Assembly: GCA_965603415.1 (NCBI GenBank)
Contig: CBFDCX010000001.1
Coordinates: forward strand, 1-26,068
From: an uncultured bacterium
GTDB lineage: Bacteria > Cloacimonadota > Cloacimonadia > Cloacimonadales > TCS61
DNA length: 26,068 bases
Direction: 5' to 3'
The notes under the pieces are model-generated. The model worked only from the letters and a program-made list of their open reading frames with translations. It was not told the origin of the DNA and did not search any database. Positions 1 through 9,387 of this stretch are shown one piece after another. Made by a program: the position numbers and the translations under genes. Every line of letters begins with the position of its first letter. Position 1 is the first letter of the stretch.

Positions 1-2
1 AT

Positions 3-89
3 GATTATGGTTGCGAGAAGATCACCGAGTTTTTAAATTATGTTCCCGAAGCAAAGAAAGTTCTGGATGATATCAGGGCAAATATATAA
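3..89 (+). CDS. 3' end of an unidentified CDS truncated by the window edge (DYGCEKITEFLNYVPEAKKVLDDIRANI*)
   Basis: Open frame from base 3 to TAA at 87-89, ending just before a terminator hairpin. Too short to assign a family. Confidence 0.45.
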   Translation, partial: DYGCEKITEFLNYVPEAKKVLDDIRANI

Positions 90-92
90 AAT

Positions 93-118
93 AAAAAAAG
101 CCGCAATAATGCGGCTTT
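93..118 (-). terminator. Rho-independent terminator of the ctpA-ending operon, possibly bidirectional
   Basis: Stem GCCGCA(100-105)-ATAA-TGCGGC(110-115). A7 at 93-99 reads as U7 after the hairpin on the minus strand; TTT at 116-118 on plus. Lies between convergent genes. Confidence 0.8.
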
Positions 119-146
119 CGAATTATCTCAGTTATAACTATTTTAT

Positions 147-1790
147 TTATTTTTCTTCTTTTTCTTTCAAAGCATTCTGTTCCTCAGCATAAAAGAACAT
201 CTCTTCCAGTGTTTTATATTTATCGAATATCTCAAGGGTCTCCTGTAGCTGTGTATCTTCATGGATCGCTATCTTGTATTGCTCAACATCTCCAAACTTG
301 CGCCCGATGATATTACCGTTCAGTTCATTTTCAATCCAGTTATAAGTACTATCTACTTCAGATTGTTCAAATTCAATTTCTGCTTTTTTGGCAAATTGTA
401 AAAATTCCTTGAACAGCTTGTCCCCTATTCTGAAATCCTTTGTGATCTCGTTTTCATGATCTATCATATAATTAACAGAAAAATTGAAGAAGGTATTTTT
501 TCTTCTCAGTTCCACGCCCAGGTTGGTAAGACGGGATTGTTCGATCTCAATATCGGGATTAATACCACCGCCACCGTATACTTTTCTACCATTTGAAGTA
601 TAATAGATATTCTTATGGTTCTCTTCATCAGCTTGCTTTTTCATCTCTTCAATTTCTTCCCGGGTTATATCACCATTCTTTACCCGTTCATCTGTTAAAA
701 GTTTATCATTCAGATCCTTATGAATACACCTGCCGGAATTTATATAATATTTGGCAGTAGTAACTTTAATTCCATTACCATCTGAAAGAGGAAATAATCT
801 TTGTACAGAACCCTTTCCAAATGAGGTTTGACCGACTACAAGTCCTTTATCCCAGTCCTGCAGAGAACCGGCAAAGATTTCTGATGCACTGGCAGAACCG
901 CCATTGATGAGAACAATTAAAGGATATCCCGATCTGATACGATTGTATTTTGTATAATAATCCATGTTTGTCTGTTTAGTTCTTCCTTTGGTGAATACCA
1001 CGCGTTTATTTTTCCCAATAAATTCATTAACTGTATTAATTGCTTCGTTTAAAAGTCCTCCGGGATTAAATCTGAGATCGATGAGAAGACCACGAATACC
1101 TTCGGCTTCCAGGTTATCGAGCGTAGCTCTTAATTCCTTTGTTGTGTTTGCATTGAACTGCCTGATCCTGATGTAACCCACACCACTATCCAATTTGAAA
1201 GCATATGGAATACTCTTTACTTTGATTATGTCGCGTATGATCTCAAAATCCAATTCTCCTTCTACGCCAGGTCGTAAAATGGTGATAGTAACCTTAGTTC
1301 CCGGTTCACCGCGCATCAGCTTGATAGATTCATCAGTTTTCATACCAACAATATTTTTGCCATCTACTTTACTTATTTTGTCACCTGCCATAATTCCCAT
1401 TCTATAGGCTGGTGTTCCTTCGATAGGTGAAACCACAGTGATATAATCACCTTTTTTATCGATCGATATTCCCAATCCACCGAACTCCCCTTTGGTATCT
1501 GTACTAAAGCGGTCAAATTCATCCGGTGTGAAATATGTAGTATGTGGGTCGGTTTCTTTAAGCATACCATCGATGGCAGATTCCACCAATTCATCGATAT
1601 CCAGATCATCTACATAATTTTCCCGCAATTTGAACAATACTTCATTGAATAGTTTTAATTTTTTATACAGGTTAGTTTGATTGGGATTTTTTGCTATTAC
1701 ATTCTGTGTGTTAAATAACAGGATAAAAACAATCAGCCAACCAATAAAGCTAATTGAAATTACCCATTTACTTGTTTTATCCAATTTCAT
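147..1790 (-). CDS. ctpA: Carboxy-terminal processing protease, S41A family (PDZ plus catalytic domain)
   Basis: N-terminal hydrophobic anchor; DPHT..F; GEFGGLGISI PDZ start; GYIRIRQF; DLRFNPGGLL; catalytic NGGSASASEI and FGKGSVQ. Confidence 0.95.
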   Translation of the reverse strand: MKLDKTSKWVISISFIGWLIVFILLFNTQNVIAKNPNQTNLYKKLKLFNEVLFKLRENYVDDLDIDELVESAIDGMLKETDPHTTYFTPDEFDRFSTDTKGEFGGLGISIDKKGDYITVVSPIEGTPAYRMGIMAGDKISKVDGKNIVGMKTDESIKLMRGEPGTKVTITILRPGVEGELDFEIIRDIIKVKSIPYAFKLDSGVGYIRIRQFNANTTKELRATLDNLEAEGIRGLLIDLRFNPGGLLNEAINTVNEFIGKNKRVVFTKGRTKQTNMDYYTKYNRIRSGYPLIVLINGGSASASEIFAGSLQDWDKGLVVGQTSFGKGSVQRLFPLSDGNGIKVTTAKYYINSGRCIHKDLNDKLLTDERVKNGDITREEIEEMKKQADEENHKNIYYTSNGRKVYGGGGINPDIEIEQSRLTNLGVELRRKNTFFNFSVNYMIDHENEITKDFRIGDKLFKEFLQFAKKAEIEFEQSEVDSTYNWIENELNGNIIGRKFGDVEQYKIAIHEDTQLQETLEIFDKYKTLEEMFFYAEEQNALKEKEEK

Positions 1791-2416
1791 ATCGAAACCT
1801 TCCTTAATTTATCTTCCATAATTTTCATTATTTCATTATGAATTTCTTCCACACTTTTCGTACCATCAACAATAATATAACGCATTTTTTCTCTTTTCGC
1901 AATTTCAATAAAACCCACGCGTACCCTTTTATGGAATGCGATGGATTCCATTTCCAGTCTATCGGCATCTTGCTTCGAAATCCTGGATAATCCGATCTCT
2001 GCCGGAAGATCGACCAGGAAAGTAATATCCGGTTTGAGTCCAAACGTTGCAAACTTTGTTATTGTGTCAATAAGCTTTATATCAATTCTTCTGGCAGCTC
2101 CCTGATAGGCAAGCGTGGAATCGTAATAGCGATCGGAAATAACCATCTTGCCTTTTTGTAAAGCAGGGATTATCCATTCACCGGTATGCTGACTGCGACT
2201 TGCCATATAAAGCAGGACTTCTGTTTCGGGAAGCATCTCTTTGTTTTTTGTACTTAAAAGAAGACTCCTTATTGCTTCGGAGATTTTGGGTCCACCCGGT
2301 TCCCTGGTAAGAAAAACATTATATCCTTTTTTTTCAAGATATTCTCTGAGAAGCTTTGCCTGAGTAGATTTACCGCATCCTTCTATTCCCTCAAAAGTAA
2401 TAAATAATCCTTTCAT
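1787..2416 (-). CDS. tmk: Thymidylate kinase
   Basis: FITFEGIEGCGKST P-loop, TREPGG, ISDRYYDSTLAYQG, PDITFLVD. ATGA overlap with ctpA start. Confidence 0.97.
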   Translation of the reverse strand: MKGLFITFEGIEGCGKSTQAKLLREYLEKKGYNVFLTREPGGPKISEAIRSLLLSTKNKEMLPETEVLLYMASRSQHTGEWIIPALQKGKMVISDRYYDSTLAYQGAARRIDIKLIDTITKFATFGLKPDITFLVDLPAEIGLSRISKQDADRLEMESIAFHKRVRVGFIEIAKREKMRYIIVDGTKSVEEIHNEIMKIMEDKLRKVSI

Positions 2417-2880
2417 GAATCATATCCTTCTATCTTTTGCAGCATATTTAATCTCATTATTACAGCATTTTCTACAGGATCTCGATAATAATTACCTCTT
2501 AACCCGATCTGTTCAAAACCAATTTTTTCATAAAGAGCTATTGCTTTCTGGTTCGATTCTCTTACTTCCAGAGTGAATTTAAAACACTTTTCATACAACA
2601 ATTTACTAATAATGAATTTTACCAGTTTTGTACAAAAACCCATTCTCTGGAAATTACCGGTAATACCAATATTTGTTATTGTGAATTCATCGAGAAGCTT
2701 CCAACCGCTGAGATAACCAATGATCTCCTCATTCTCGTCTTTTTGCAGAACATACGCATAATGTCCTTTGATCTCTTCGCTGAACATCGCTTCAGACCAG
2801 GGAACAGAAAAGAGTTCTTTTTCCAATTCCATCATTATCGGAATATCAGCAATTTTCATTTCTCGTATAGTCACTTTCAT
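2413..2880 (-). CDS. rimI: Ribosomal-protein-alanine N-acetyltransferase (GNAT)
   Basis: PWS, ITNIG, FQRMG, TLEVRESNQKAIALYEKIGF..G.R.NYY...ENAVIM. ATGA overlap with tmk. Confidence 0.9.
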   Translation of the reverse strand: MKVTIREMKIADIPIMMELEKELFSVPWSEAMFSEEIKGHYAYVLQKDENEEIIGYLSGWKLLDEFTITNIGITGNFQRMGFCTKLVKFIISKLLYEKCFKFTLEVRESNQKAIALYEKIGFEQIGLRGNYYRDPVENAVIMRLNMLQKIEGYDS

Positions 2881-4355
2881 CAGTAATAAAGCTTCTGTCC
2901 GGGATGAATGATCACAATCCCGTTTTTGTTTTTTAGATTATTCATCGAGATAATTCTATTCTGGGAAACTCCTAATTTTGCTGCTATATTACCTACGGTT
3001 TCACCTTTTTTAACCACGTGATATTTATCACTTTTAGACAAACCTGAGTTAGATGATGAACCGTATAATTTCAATTTCTGTCCGGGATAAATAACATTCG
3101 ATCTCAAATTATTTAAGCTTTTTATCCTGGCTACTGTGGTTTTATACTTCCTGGCAATATCGTAGAGTGTATCTCCCTTTTTTACATTATGATGCGTAAA
3201 AAATCCTGCACTCTTTTTCAGGAATTGCTTCTTGATCTTTGCCAATTCCTGATGGTTGATATTGTTTCCATTGGGAATAATTATCGAATATTCGCCAGGG
3301 GGAAATACTACATTATTGATGGCTGAATATTTCTTCCTGTTTCGTTTATAAATTTTTATCCAGGGATTAAACTCCAGAACTTTTCCAATTGAGGTGCCCT
3401 GAAATTTTGCCCAGTTGTCGATCTTATAATGTCCTTTAAGTTTTATCTTCTCACTATGAGCATTTTTCATAAGTGGCTTTTGACGTTCCAATTTTCTTCC
3501 AAAAATAGCCTTTTCGTTTTCAAATATCATTTTAATGGCAGCTGCACGCCACACATATTGATGGGTTTCATCCACTCTCATCAGGAGATCGAAGAAATCA
3601 TACGCTTCCTGCTGCCGTACAACTTTGGCAATGCTGCCAACTCCGGCATTAAACGAACTCATCGCCAGAAGCCAGTCCTTTGCACTTCTATCGGAAAGAT
3701 AATGATATGCATTTTTCAAGTATTTGGCAGCCGCATCTGTAGATAAAAATACGTTGCGTCTTTCATCTATGAATGAATTGATCCTCATACCGTAACCCTT
3801 AGCTGTTTTGGGCATAAATTGCCAGATGCCAACCGCACCTACGCGAGAACCTGCCATGGGATTTAACTGACTTTCTGCAATTGCCAGGTATTTTGTATCC
3901 AGAGGAACATCGTATTGAGAAAAAACAGAATCAAAAATTGCAAAGTACTTTCCACTGCGGGGAATGAATTTATGAGCAGTTTTCAATTCCTGCCTATAAA
4001 TTGTTTCGAATTTATTGTAGATCCTTTCATTTGTAAGATCAAAAACACGTCCGGCAAATATAATGGAATCCGGAATCTGGAAATCTGTGTTCACAGCTAC
4101 ACGACTGTTGGAAATCTCAAGCTCCTGGTTTAATGAATCCACTGTAAAATTGAGCTCTTCCATAATATTATATAAAGAATCAATTTCAATATTTTTTAAG
4201 TCAATCATTTGCCGCAAAGAATCTTCCGGAGTGAGAACCTGATTCAAAGGAAGTGTTCGTTCATTGTCACTAATAATTTCTTGGGGTATACTTTTATGAT
4301 AACTGCATCCAAATAGTAAAAAAATCAGTAGCAGCAATATTAAAAATAATCTCAT
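2880..4355 (-). CDS. mltD: MltD-like lytic transglycosylase lipoprotein with two C-terminal LysM domains
   Basis: Lipobox LLFGC; SLT motifs LAIAES, GAVGIWQFMPKT, AAAKYL, FNAG; LysM repeats HNVKKGDTLYDIARKY and HVVKKGETVGNIAAKL. TGATG overlap with rimI. Confidence 0.85.
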   Translation of the reverse strand: MRLFLILLLLIFLLFGCSYHKSIPQEIISDNERTLPLNQVLTPEDSLRQMIDLKNIEIDSLYNIMEELNFTVDSLNQELEISNSRVAVNTDFQIPDSIIFAGRVFDLTNERIYNKFETIYRQELKTAHKFIPRSGKYFAIFDSVFSQYDVPLDTKYLAIAESQLNPMAGSRVGAVGIWQFMPKTAKGYGMRINSFIDERRNVFLSTDAAAKYLKNAYHYLSDRSAKDWLLAMSSFNAGVGSIAKVVRQQEAYDFFDLLMRVDETHQYVWRAAAIKMIFENEKAIFGRKLERQKPLMKNAHSEKIKLKGHYKIDNWAKFQGTSIGKVLEFNPWIKIYKRNRKKYSAINNVVFPPGEYSIIIPNGNNINHQELAKIKKQFLKKSAGFFTHHNVKKGDTLYDIARKYKTTVARIKSLNNLRSNVIYPGQKLKLYGSSSNSGLSKSDKYHVVKKGETVGNIAAKLGVSQNRIISMNNLKNKNGIVIIHPGQKLYY

Positions 4356-4364
4356 AACACTCCG

Positions 4365-5444
4365 TTAAACCTTATTGTTGTATTTTTTGTAATAATTCAC
4401 ATATTCACCGGAATGAATATCCTCCACCCATTCCTGGTGATTTTTAAACCAGAGAATTGTCTGCTCCAGACCTTCATCAAAATCTATGACAGGTTTCCAG
4501 CCCAGTTCATTTTTTATCTTGGAAGAATCCATGGAATAACGGAAATCGTGTCCCTGTCTATCCAGAACAAAGTTGATAAGATCATGGGAACATTTCATCA
4601 GATCGAGAATATGCTTAACCAGAGTAAGATTTTCCCATTCGTTTTCTGCTCCGGCATTATACGTTTCACCCGACCGTCCTTTATGAAGAACAACATCGAT
4701 AGCTCTGCAGTGGTCCTCTACATGTATCCAATCTCGAATGTTTTTTCCATTGCCATAAATTGGGAGTTCTTGCCCTTGAAACGCATTATTAATCATCACT
4801 GGAATAAGCTTTTCCGGAAATTGGTAGGAACCATAATTATTACAGCTGCGAATTATGTTTACCCTTTGCCCATAAGTTTGATGAGCAACACGGATAAGCA
4901 TATCAGCAGCAGCCTTGCTGGCAGCATAAGGATTGTTGGGAGCAAGTTTGGCATCCTCTGAAACTGAGCTGTTACTTGGAATAGAACCATAAACCTCATC
5001 GGTAGAAATTAGAACAAATTTCTTCATTTTGTATTCACGTGAATAATTGAGTAGAATCTGCGTACCCAGGATGTTGGTCTGAAGAAAAAGATCGGGATTG
5101 ATGATGCTTCTATCTACATGAGATTCCGCAGCAAAATGAACCACGAAATCGGGATTGAACTGCTCGAATACATTCTTTACCTCTGCCTGGTTGGAAACAT
5201 CACCTCTCATAAAAGCGTAATTAGGATTTTCATCTATCATTTCCAGATTATATAAATTGCCTGCATACGTAAGTTTATCAAAATTTATGATCTTATAATC
5301 CGGATATTTTCTAATCAGGTAGCGGATAAAATTGGAGCCGATAAAGCCTGCTCCGCCGGTAACAAGAACTATTTTGGGCAGGTTTTCATTATTTAATCCC
5401 TTCGCATCGAAGAATGCGAAATTATCTTTAATTTCTTTTTTCAT
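4365..5444 (-). CDS. rfbB: dTDP-glucose 4,6-dehydratase with a short N-terminal extension
   Basis: VTGGAGFIGSNF, DKLTYAG, HFAAESHVDRS, STDEVYG, YAASK, NNYG..QFPEKLIP, RDWIHVEDHC, DRQGHDFRY. Confidence 0.93.
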   Translation of the reverse strand: MKKEIKDNFAFFDAKGLNNENLPKIVLVTGGAGFIGSNFIRYLIRKYPDYKIINFDKLTYAGNLYNLEMIDENPNYAFMRGDVSNQAEVKNVFEQFNPDFVVHFAAESHVDRSIINPDLFLQTNILGTQILLNYSREYKMKKFVLISTDEVYGSIPSNSSVSEDAKLAPNNPYAASKAAADMLIRVAHQTYGQRVNIIRSCNNYGSYQFPEKLIPVMINNAFQGQELPIYGNGKNIRDWIHVEDHCRAIDVVLHKGRSGETYNAGAENEWENLTLVKHILDLMKCSHDLINFVLDRQGHDFRYSMDSSKIKNELGWKPVIDFDEGLEQTILWFKNHQEWVEDIHSGEYVNYYKKYNNKV

Positions 5445-5453
5445 TTAATGTCC

Positions 5454-6239
5454 CTATTTGAAAAAAAAGAGTAGTAGATATAAAATTGGGGCAGCGATCT
5501 GCAAGCTGTCGAATCTGTCCAGAACTCCACCGTGACCGGGTAATATAGATGAACTATCCTTAATTCCCGCATCCCTTTTCAACATGGATTCAAAGAGGTC
5601 TCCCAATTGACCAAAAATTCCAACTGATACAGCCAGCGATATTGCTTGTATTACAGTAAAATCAAAGATCCATGCTGCTGCAAATGCCCCAATTAAAGCT
5701 GCTAATATTCCTGCAAAATAGCCTTCCAGCGATTTATTGGGACTGGCTTTGAATGTTCCGCTATGTTTACCAAAAGTCCTACCGGCAAAGTAAGCTGCTG
5801 AATCTGTGATCCAGATAAGTGAAATCAAGCTTATAATAAGGAAAGCACCACTTTCCAATAAACGTATTTTATAAACAGCCGCCATAAAAAATGCCGTGTA
5901 TATCATGGAGAATATTGTCGCAGCAATTCGATTTAATATTCCTTGTGATCTACTAAGAAAAAGGTCTTTTCCCATTACCAGTATAAATACAATAAGAAGT
6001 GCTGCCAGAATCTGGGGAAATGAATAAAAAATTACAGCCACAAAAACAAGAACGCTTGCAGGAATACTCAATAGCGATAATTCAATACCTTTTATTAGAA
6101 ATATCTCACGCAATTCATACATCTGCACAAATACTACCAGGGCAAGAAAACCAGCCAATGCGATACCACCTGAATAGAAAATAAACAGGATTGCAGGTAT
6201 GAAAAATAATGCTACTAATAATCTTTTTATAAGTTCCAT
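5454..6239 (-). CDS. cdsA: Phosphatidate cytidylyltransferase
   Basis: Polytopic membrane protein with WITDSAAYFAG, SPNKSLEG, GDLFESMLKR..GIKDSSSILPGHGGVLDRFDS. Confidence 0.93.
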   Translation of the reverse strand: MELIKRLLVALFFIPAILFIFYSGGIALAGFLALVVFVQMYELREIFLIKGIELSLLSIPASVLVFVAVIFYSFPQILAALLIVFILVMGKDLFLSRSQGILNRIAATIFSMIYTAFFMAAVYKIRLLESGAFLIISLISLIWITDSAAYFAGRTFGKHSGTFKASPNKSLEGYFAGILAALIGAFAAAWIFDFTVIQAISLAVSVGIFGQLGDLFESMLKRDAGIKDSSSILPGHGGVLDRFDSLQIAAPILYLLLFFFK

Positions 6240-6970
6240 TATCTTGTACCAAACCTTCTTTTTCGTTGTTGAAAATCGAGCATAGCCCGGATGAATTCTT
6301 CCCGATTGAAATCGGGCCAGAGCGTCTGCGTGAACCAGAATTCGGCGTATGCACTTTGCCAGATGAGAAAATTGGAAAGTCTCTCCTCTCCGCTGGTTCG
6401 AATAACCATATCCACTTCTGGCATACCGGCTGTATACAGATAATCACTTACTATCTTTTCGGTTATTTCACCATTCACGATACCAGAACGCGCATCAGTC
6501 AAAATCTCATTAAAAGCATCCAGCAGCTCTTTCCTGCCACCATAATTCATTGCCACATTCAAATGTAAACCGGTATTTTCCCAGCTTTTTTTACATGTTT
6601 CCATAACTCGTTTATTATAAGATTCATCCAGTTTTTCCCTGCTGCCAATAAACCTGATATTTACATTATTCTTTATCAGTTCATCTATTTCTTTAACCAG
6701 AGAATCCATGATAAGTTTCAGCAGATAGGAAACTTCTGTTTTGGAGCGACCCCAGTTTTCAGTGGAAAAAGCATAAATAGTAAGGTATTCCACACCAGCT
6801 TCCACAGCGGTTTCTACAATTCGGCGAACAGCTTTTACGCCTTCTTTATGCCCGTTAATGCGTTTTGTTTTATGTTTTTTTGCCCATCGTCCGTTCCCAT
6901 CCATGATAATAGCAATATGACGTGGCATTTTTGATTTATCTAGTTCATTAATTAATTTCTTATAGTTCAT
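6239..6970 (-). CDS. uppS: Undecaprenyl diphosphate synthase (cis-prenyltransferase)
   Basis: PRHIAIIMDGNGRWA, YAFSTENWGR..EV, NYGGR, IRTSGEERLSNFLIWQSAYAEF, WPDF, RRFG. TAATG overlap with cdsA. Confidence 0.97.
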   Translation of the reverse strand: MNYKKLINELDKSKMPRHIAIIMDGNGRWAKKHKTKRINGHKEGVKAVRRIVETAVEAGVEYLTIYAFSTENWGRSKTEVSYLLKLIMDSLVKEIDELIKNNVNIRFIGSREKLDESYNKRVMETCKKSWENTGLHLNVAMNYGGRKELLDAFNEILTDARSGIVNGEITEKIVSDYLYTAGMPEVDMVIRTSGEERLSNFLIWQSAYAEFWFTQTLWPDFNREEFIRAMLDFQQRKRRFGTR

Positions 6971-6991
6971 CTTGCTTCTCCAACAAACCTA

Positions 6992-7025
6992 TTACCAATT
7001 TAACGAATTTAACTAATTCAACCAT
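6992..7025. repeat. Degenerate 8-9 nt tandem repeat, four units, consensus TTAACNAAT
   Basis: TTACCAAT / TTAACGAAT / TTAACTAAT / TCAACCAT, filling most of the prfB-uppS spacer. Confidence 0.55.
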
Positions 7026-8136
7026 TTATTTTTTCTTCTCAGCCATGAATTTGAGATAGGCGCTCATAAAAGCACTGATATTCCCATCCATAACACTGGA
7101 AATATTTCCGGTTTCATAATTTGTGCGATGATCTTTCACCATTTGATAGGGATGGAAAACATAAGATCGTATCTGATTACCCCAGCCAATATCAGTTTTA
7201 GCATTTTCAAGTTGCTTTCGTTCTTTTTCATGTTCTTCTTCCCGCTGTTGATACAAACGCGACTTTAAAATTTTCATTGCAACATCACGATTAATAATTT
7301 GCGAACGCTCATTCTGGCATTGAACTACAATATTGGTAGGAAGGTGAGTTATCCGCACGGCAGAATCGGTTGTGTTTACGCCCTGTCCACCCTTACCGCT
7401 GGCTCGGTAAGTGTCTATCCTCAATTCCTTCGGATCGATCTCGATATCTGCATCATCTTCAATAATGGGGCATACGAAAACAGATGCAAAGGAAGTCTGC
7501 CTTTTGCCCTGAGCATTAAATGGTGATATCCTAACCAGTCGGTGAATGCCTGATTCCGCCTTTAAATTACCGTAAACAAAATCACCAAAAATTTCTACTG
7601 TAACGCTTTTTAATCCTGCCTCGTCACCCGGCAGATAATCTACGATTTCTGCTTTGAAACCTGATTTTTCAACCCAGCGATTATACATGCGAAGCAGCAT
7701 TTCTGCCCAATCCTGCGATTCGGTTCCACCGGCTCCGGGATGAATAGTTAAGATCGCTCCGTTAAAATCTGTTTTACCATTTAATAAAAACTGAGTTTCT
7801 ACATCATCTATAAAAGGTATTATTTCTAACAGTTCATTAATAGCCTCTTTCAATAATGAATCGTTGAAATCTTCTTCCAGCAACACGATATATGTATGCA
7901 GGTCTTCACTTATCTGTTGTAATTTATTTTCTTTTTCAAGCTGTAAACGCAGCTTACTAATTTCTCTGGTTACTTTTTGTGCTCTTTTCTGATCGTTCCA
8001 GAAAGCGGGTTTGTTCATCTCCTTTTCGTAAAGTTCGATCTGCTGCTCGATCTGGGCAGTGTCAAAGTAACCTCCTGATATAAGAGATTCGATCTGTAAT
8101 TTTCTGTACTTCTTTTTGAAAATCTATATATTCCAT
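7026..8136 (-). CDS. prfB: Peptide chain release factor 2, 369 aa, translated through a +1 programmed frameshift after codon 24
   Basis: ATG at 8136 gives MEYIDFQKEVQKITDRISYIRRLL then TGA. The +1 frame continues DTAQIEQQIELYEKEMNKPAFW into the ORF-track protein, which has GAGGTES, RISPF (SPF) and GKGGQ (GGQ). Confidence 0.97.
8061..8076 (-). promoter_or_regulatory. RF2 autoregulatory frameshift cassette AGGAGG-TTA-CTT-TGA-C
   Basis: Internal SD AGGAGG (8076-8071), 3-nt spacer, slippery CTT (8067-8065), TGA (8064-8062), C (8061). Matches the established prfB motif. Confidence 0.95.
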
Positions 8137-8160
8137 TAATTTCTCCCGCACTTATTATTT

Positions 8161-8190
8161 AAAATATTTGTGAACCATATATTTTGTCTA
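8161..8190 (-). promoter_or_regulatory. Putative sigma70 promoter for prfB operon
   Basis: TAGACA-N18-TATTTT, 24 nt upstream of the ATG at 8136. Confidence 0.35.
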
Positions 8191-8198
8191 ATAATTTA

Positions 8199-9356
8199 TT
8201 AATAAAAACTTCCCGGTAGAAGATAGGTTTTTATTTCTTCATTGTAATACCTGTCGGTCATAGTGGCTATAAAATCCCGTGCCTTTTCTGCAATGGAAAA
8301 AGTATTCATATATTTTTCGCTTTTCCTATTTAGAAATTGTGTAAAGATCTTTGAGTTGTCGTTTTTCTTTTCGATATCCTGCATGTATTGTTCAAAAAGA
8401 ATTTCCATGCTTTTATCAATGATAGTACGGGCTTTTTTTACATTACCATCTGTATAAATGCGTGAATAATTGAATTTCTTCAGTTTAAGAAGGTAGTGGG
8501 AAGTTTCATCATCGAACGCCACAAAATCTTTTTCAAAACTATTTAATATCACACTTTTCACCAGAGTATCAATAATTTGACTGTTCGTATTTCCCAGATA
8601 TTCGGCACAATCTTTAGGTATTTCTTCACGTTCCAGGATGTTCAGGCGAATGGCATCTTCAATATCCTGTCCAATATAAGCGATCGTATCTGAGATGCGA
8701 ACAATGCAACCTTCCAAAGTAACCGGCATCCAGTCAGCTTTTTTACCACTCTTTTTCATTTCTATGTAAATTTTGATATCTTCTTCTGTTTTTTTAAGAT
8801 CAGGTTTTAATACAGTATGATGTACTTCTCCATCGTGTGAAATTATACCATCACGCACCTGAAAGGTCAGATTTAATCCATTACCCTCATGTGAGATGTA
8901 ATCTACAATAAGAAGGCTCTGGATATTATGATGGAATTCTCCTATTCCGTGTTTCACACAGCTATTACTAAGTGCTATTTCTCCATCGTGCCCAAAGGGA
9001 GAATGCCCCAGATCATGACCCAGCGCTATCGCTTCCACCAGTTCCAAGTTCATCATCAACATTTTCCCGATCGTGCGGGAGATCTGGGAAACATAGGTTG
9101 TGTGCAGGCTGCGATTGGAAGTCTCTTCGTCGAACATATTGGTGAATGAAAAGACCTGTGTTTTGCCCTGGTAGCGGCGATAAGCTCCGCTATGAAGAAT
9201 ACGGTCCCGGTCCACTGCAAATGGTGTTCTCATATAACATGTATCTTCCTTTTTCAGGCGGAAGGCATCTTCATTCTTACAGGCGAACGGGCTATAATAA
9301 TTGCTGGCATGCTCGATATTTTTTTCATATATCTTTTTTAGTTTTAATCTATCCAT
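8199..9356 (-). CDS. dgt: HD-domain dNTP triphosphohydrolase (dGTPase-like)
   Basis: RTPFAVDRDRILHS..YRR..GKTQVF, RSLHT..VSQISR, ALGHDLGHSPFGHDGE, SDTIAY..QDIEDA. SD AGGAGA upstream. Confidence 0.88.
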   Translation of the reverse strand: MDRLKLKKIYEKNIEHASNYYSPFACKNEDAFRLKKEDTCYMRTPFAVDRDRILHSGAYRRYQGKTQVFSFTNMFDEETSNRSLHTTYVSQISRTIGKMLMMNLELVEAIALGHDLGHSPFGHDGEIALSNSCVKHGIGEFHHNIQSLLIVDYISHEGNGLNLTFQVRDGIISHDGEVHHTVLKPDLKKTEEDIKIYIEMKKSGKKADWMPVTLEGCIVRISDTIAYIGQDIEDAIRLNILEREEIPKDCAEYLGNTNSQIIDTLVKSVILNSFEKDFVAFDDETSHYLLKLKKFNYSRIYTDGNVKKARTIIDKSMEILFEQYMQDIEKKNDNSKIFTQFLNRKSEKYMNTFSIAEKARDFIATMTDRYYNEEIKTYLLPGSFY

Positions 9357-9387
9357 TGTTTCTCCTAATCCACTTCTGATTGAAAAA

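Noticed and set aside
4413-4961. 182-aa plus-strand ORF
   Set aside because: Fully antisense to the well-supported rfbB, with no motifs; a shadow ORF. The same applies to the other 61-110 aa ORFs nested in or opposite real genes.
8062-8064. In-frame TGA in prfB as a pseudogene lesion or selenocysteine codon
   Set aside because: Fully explained by the canonical RF2 frameshift; the downstream protein is in the +1 frame, not the same frame.
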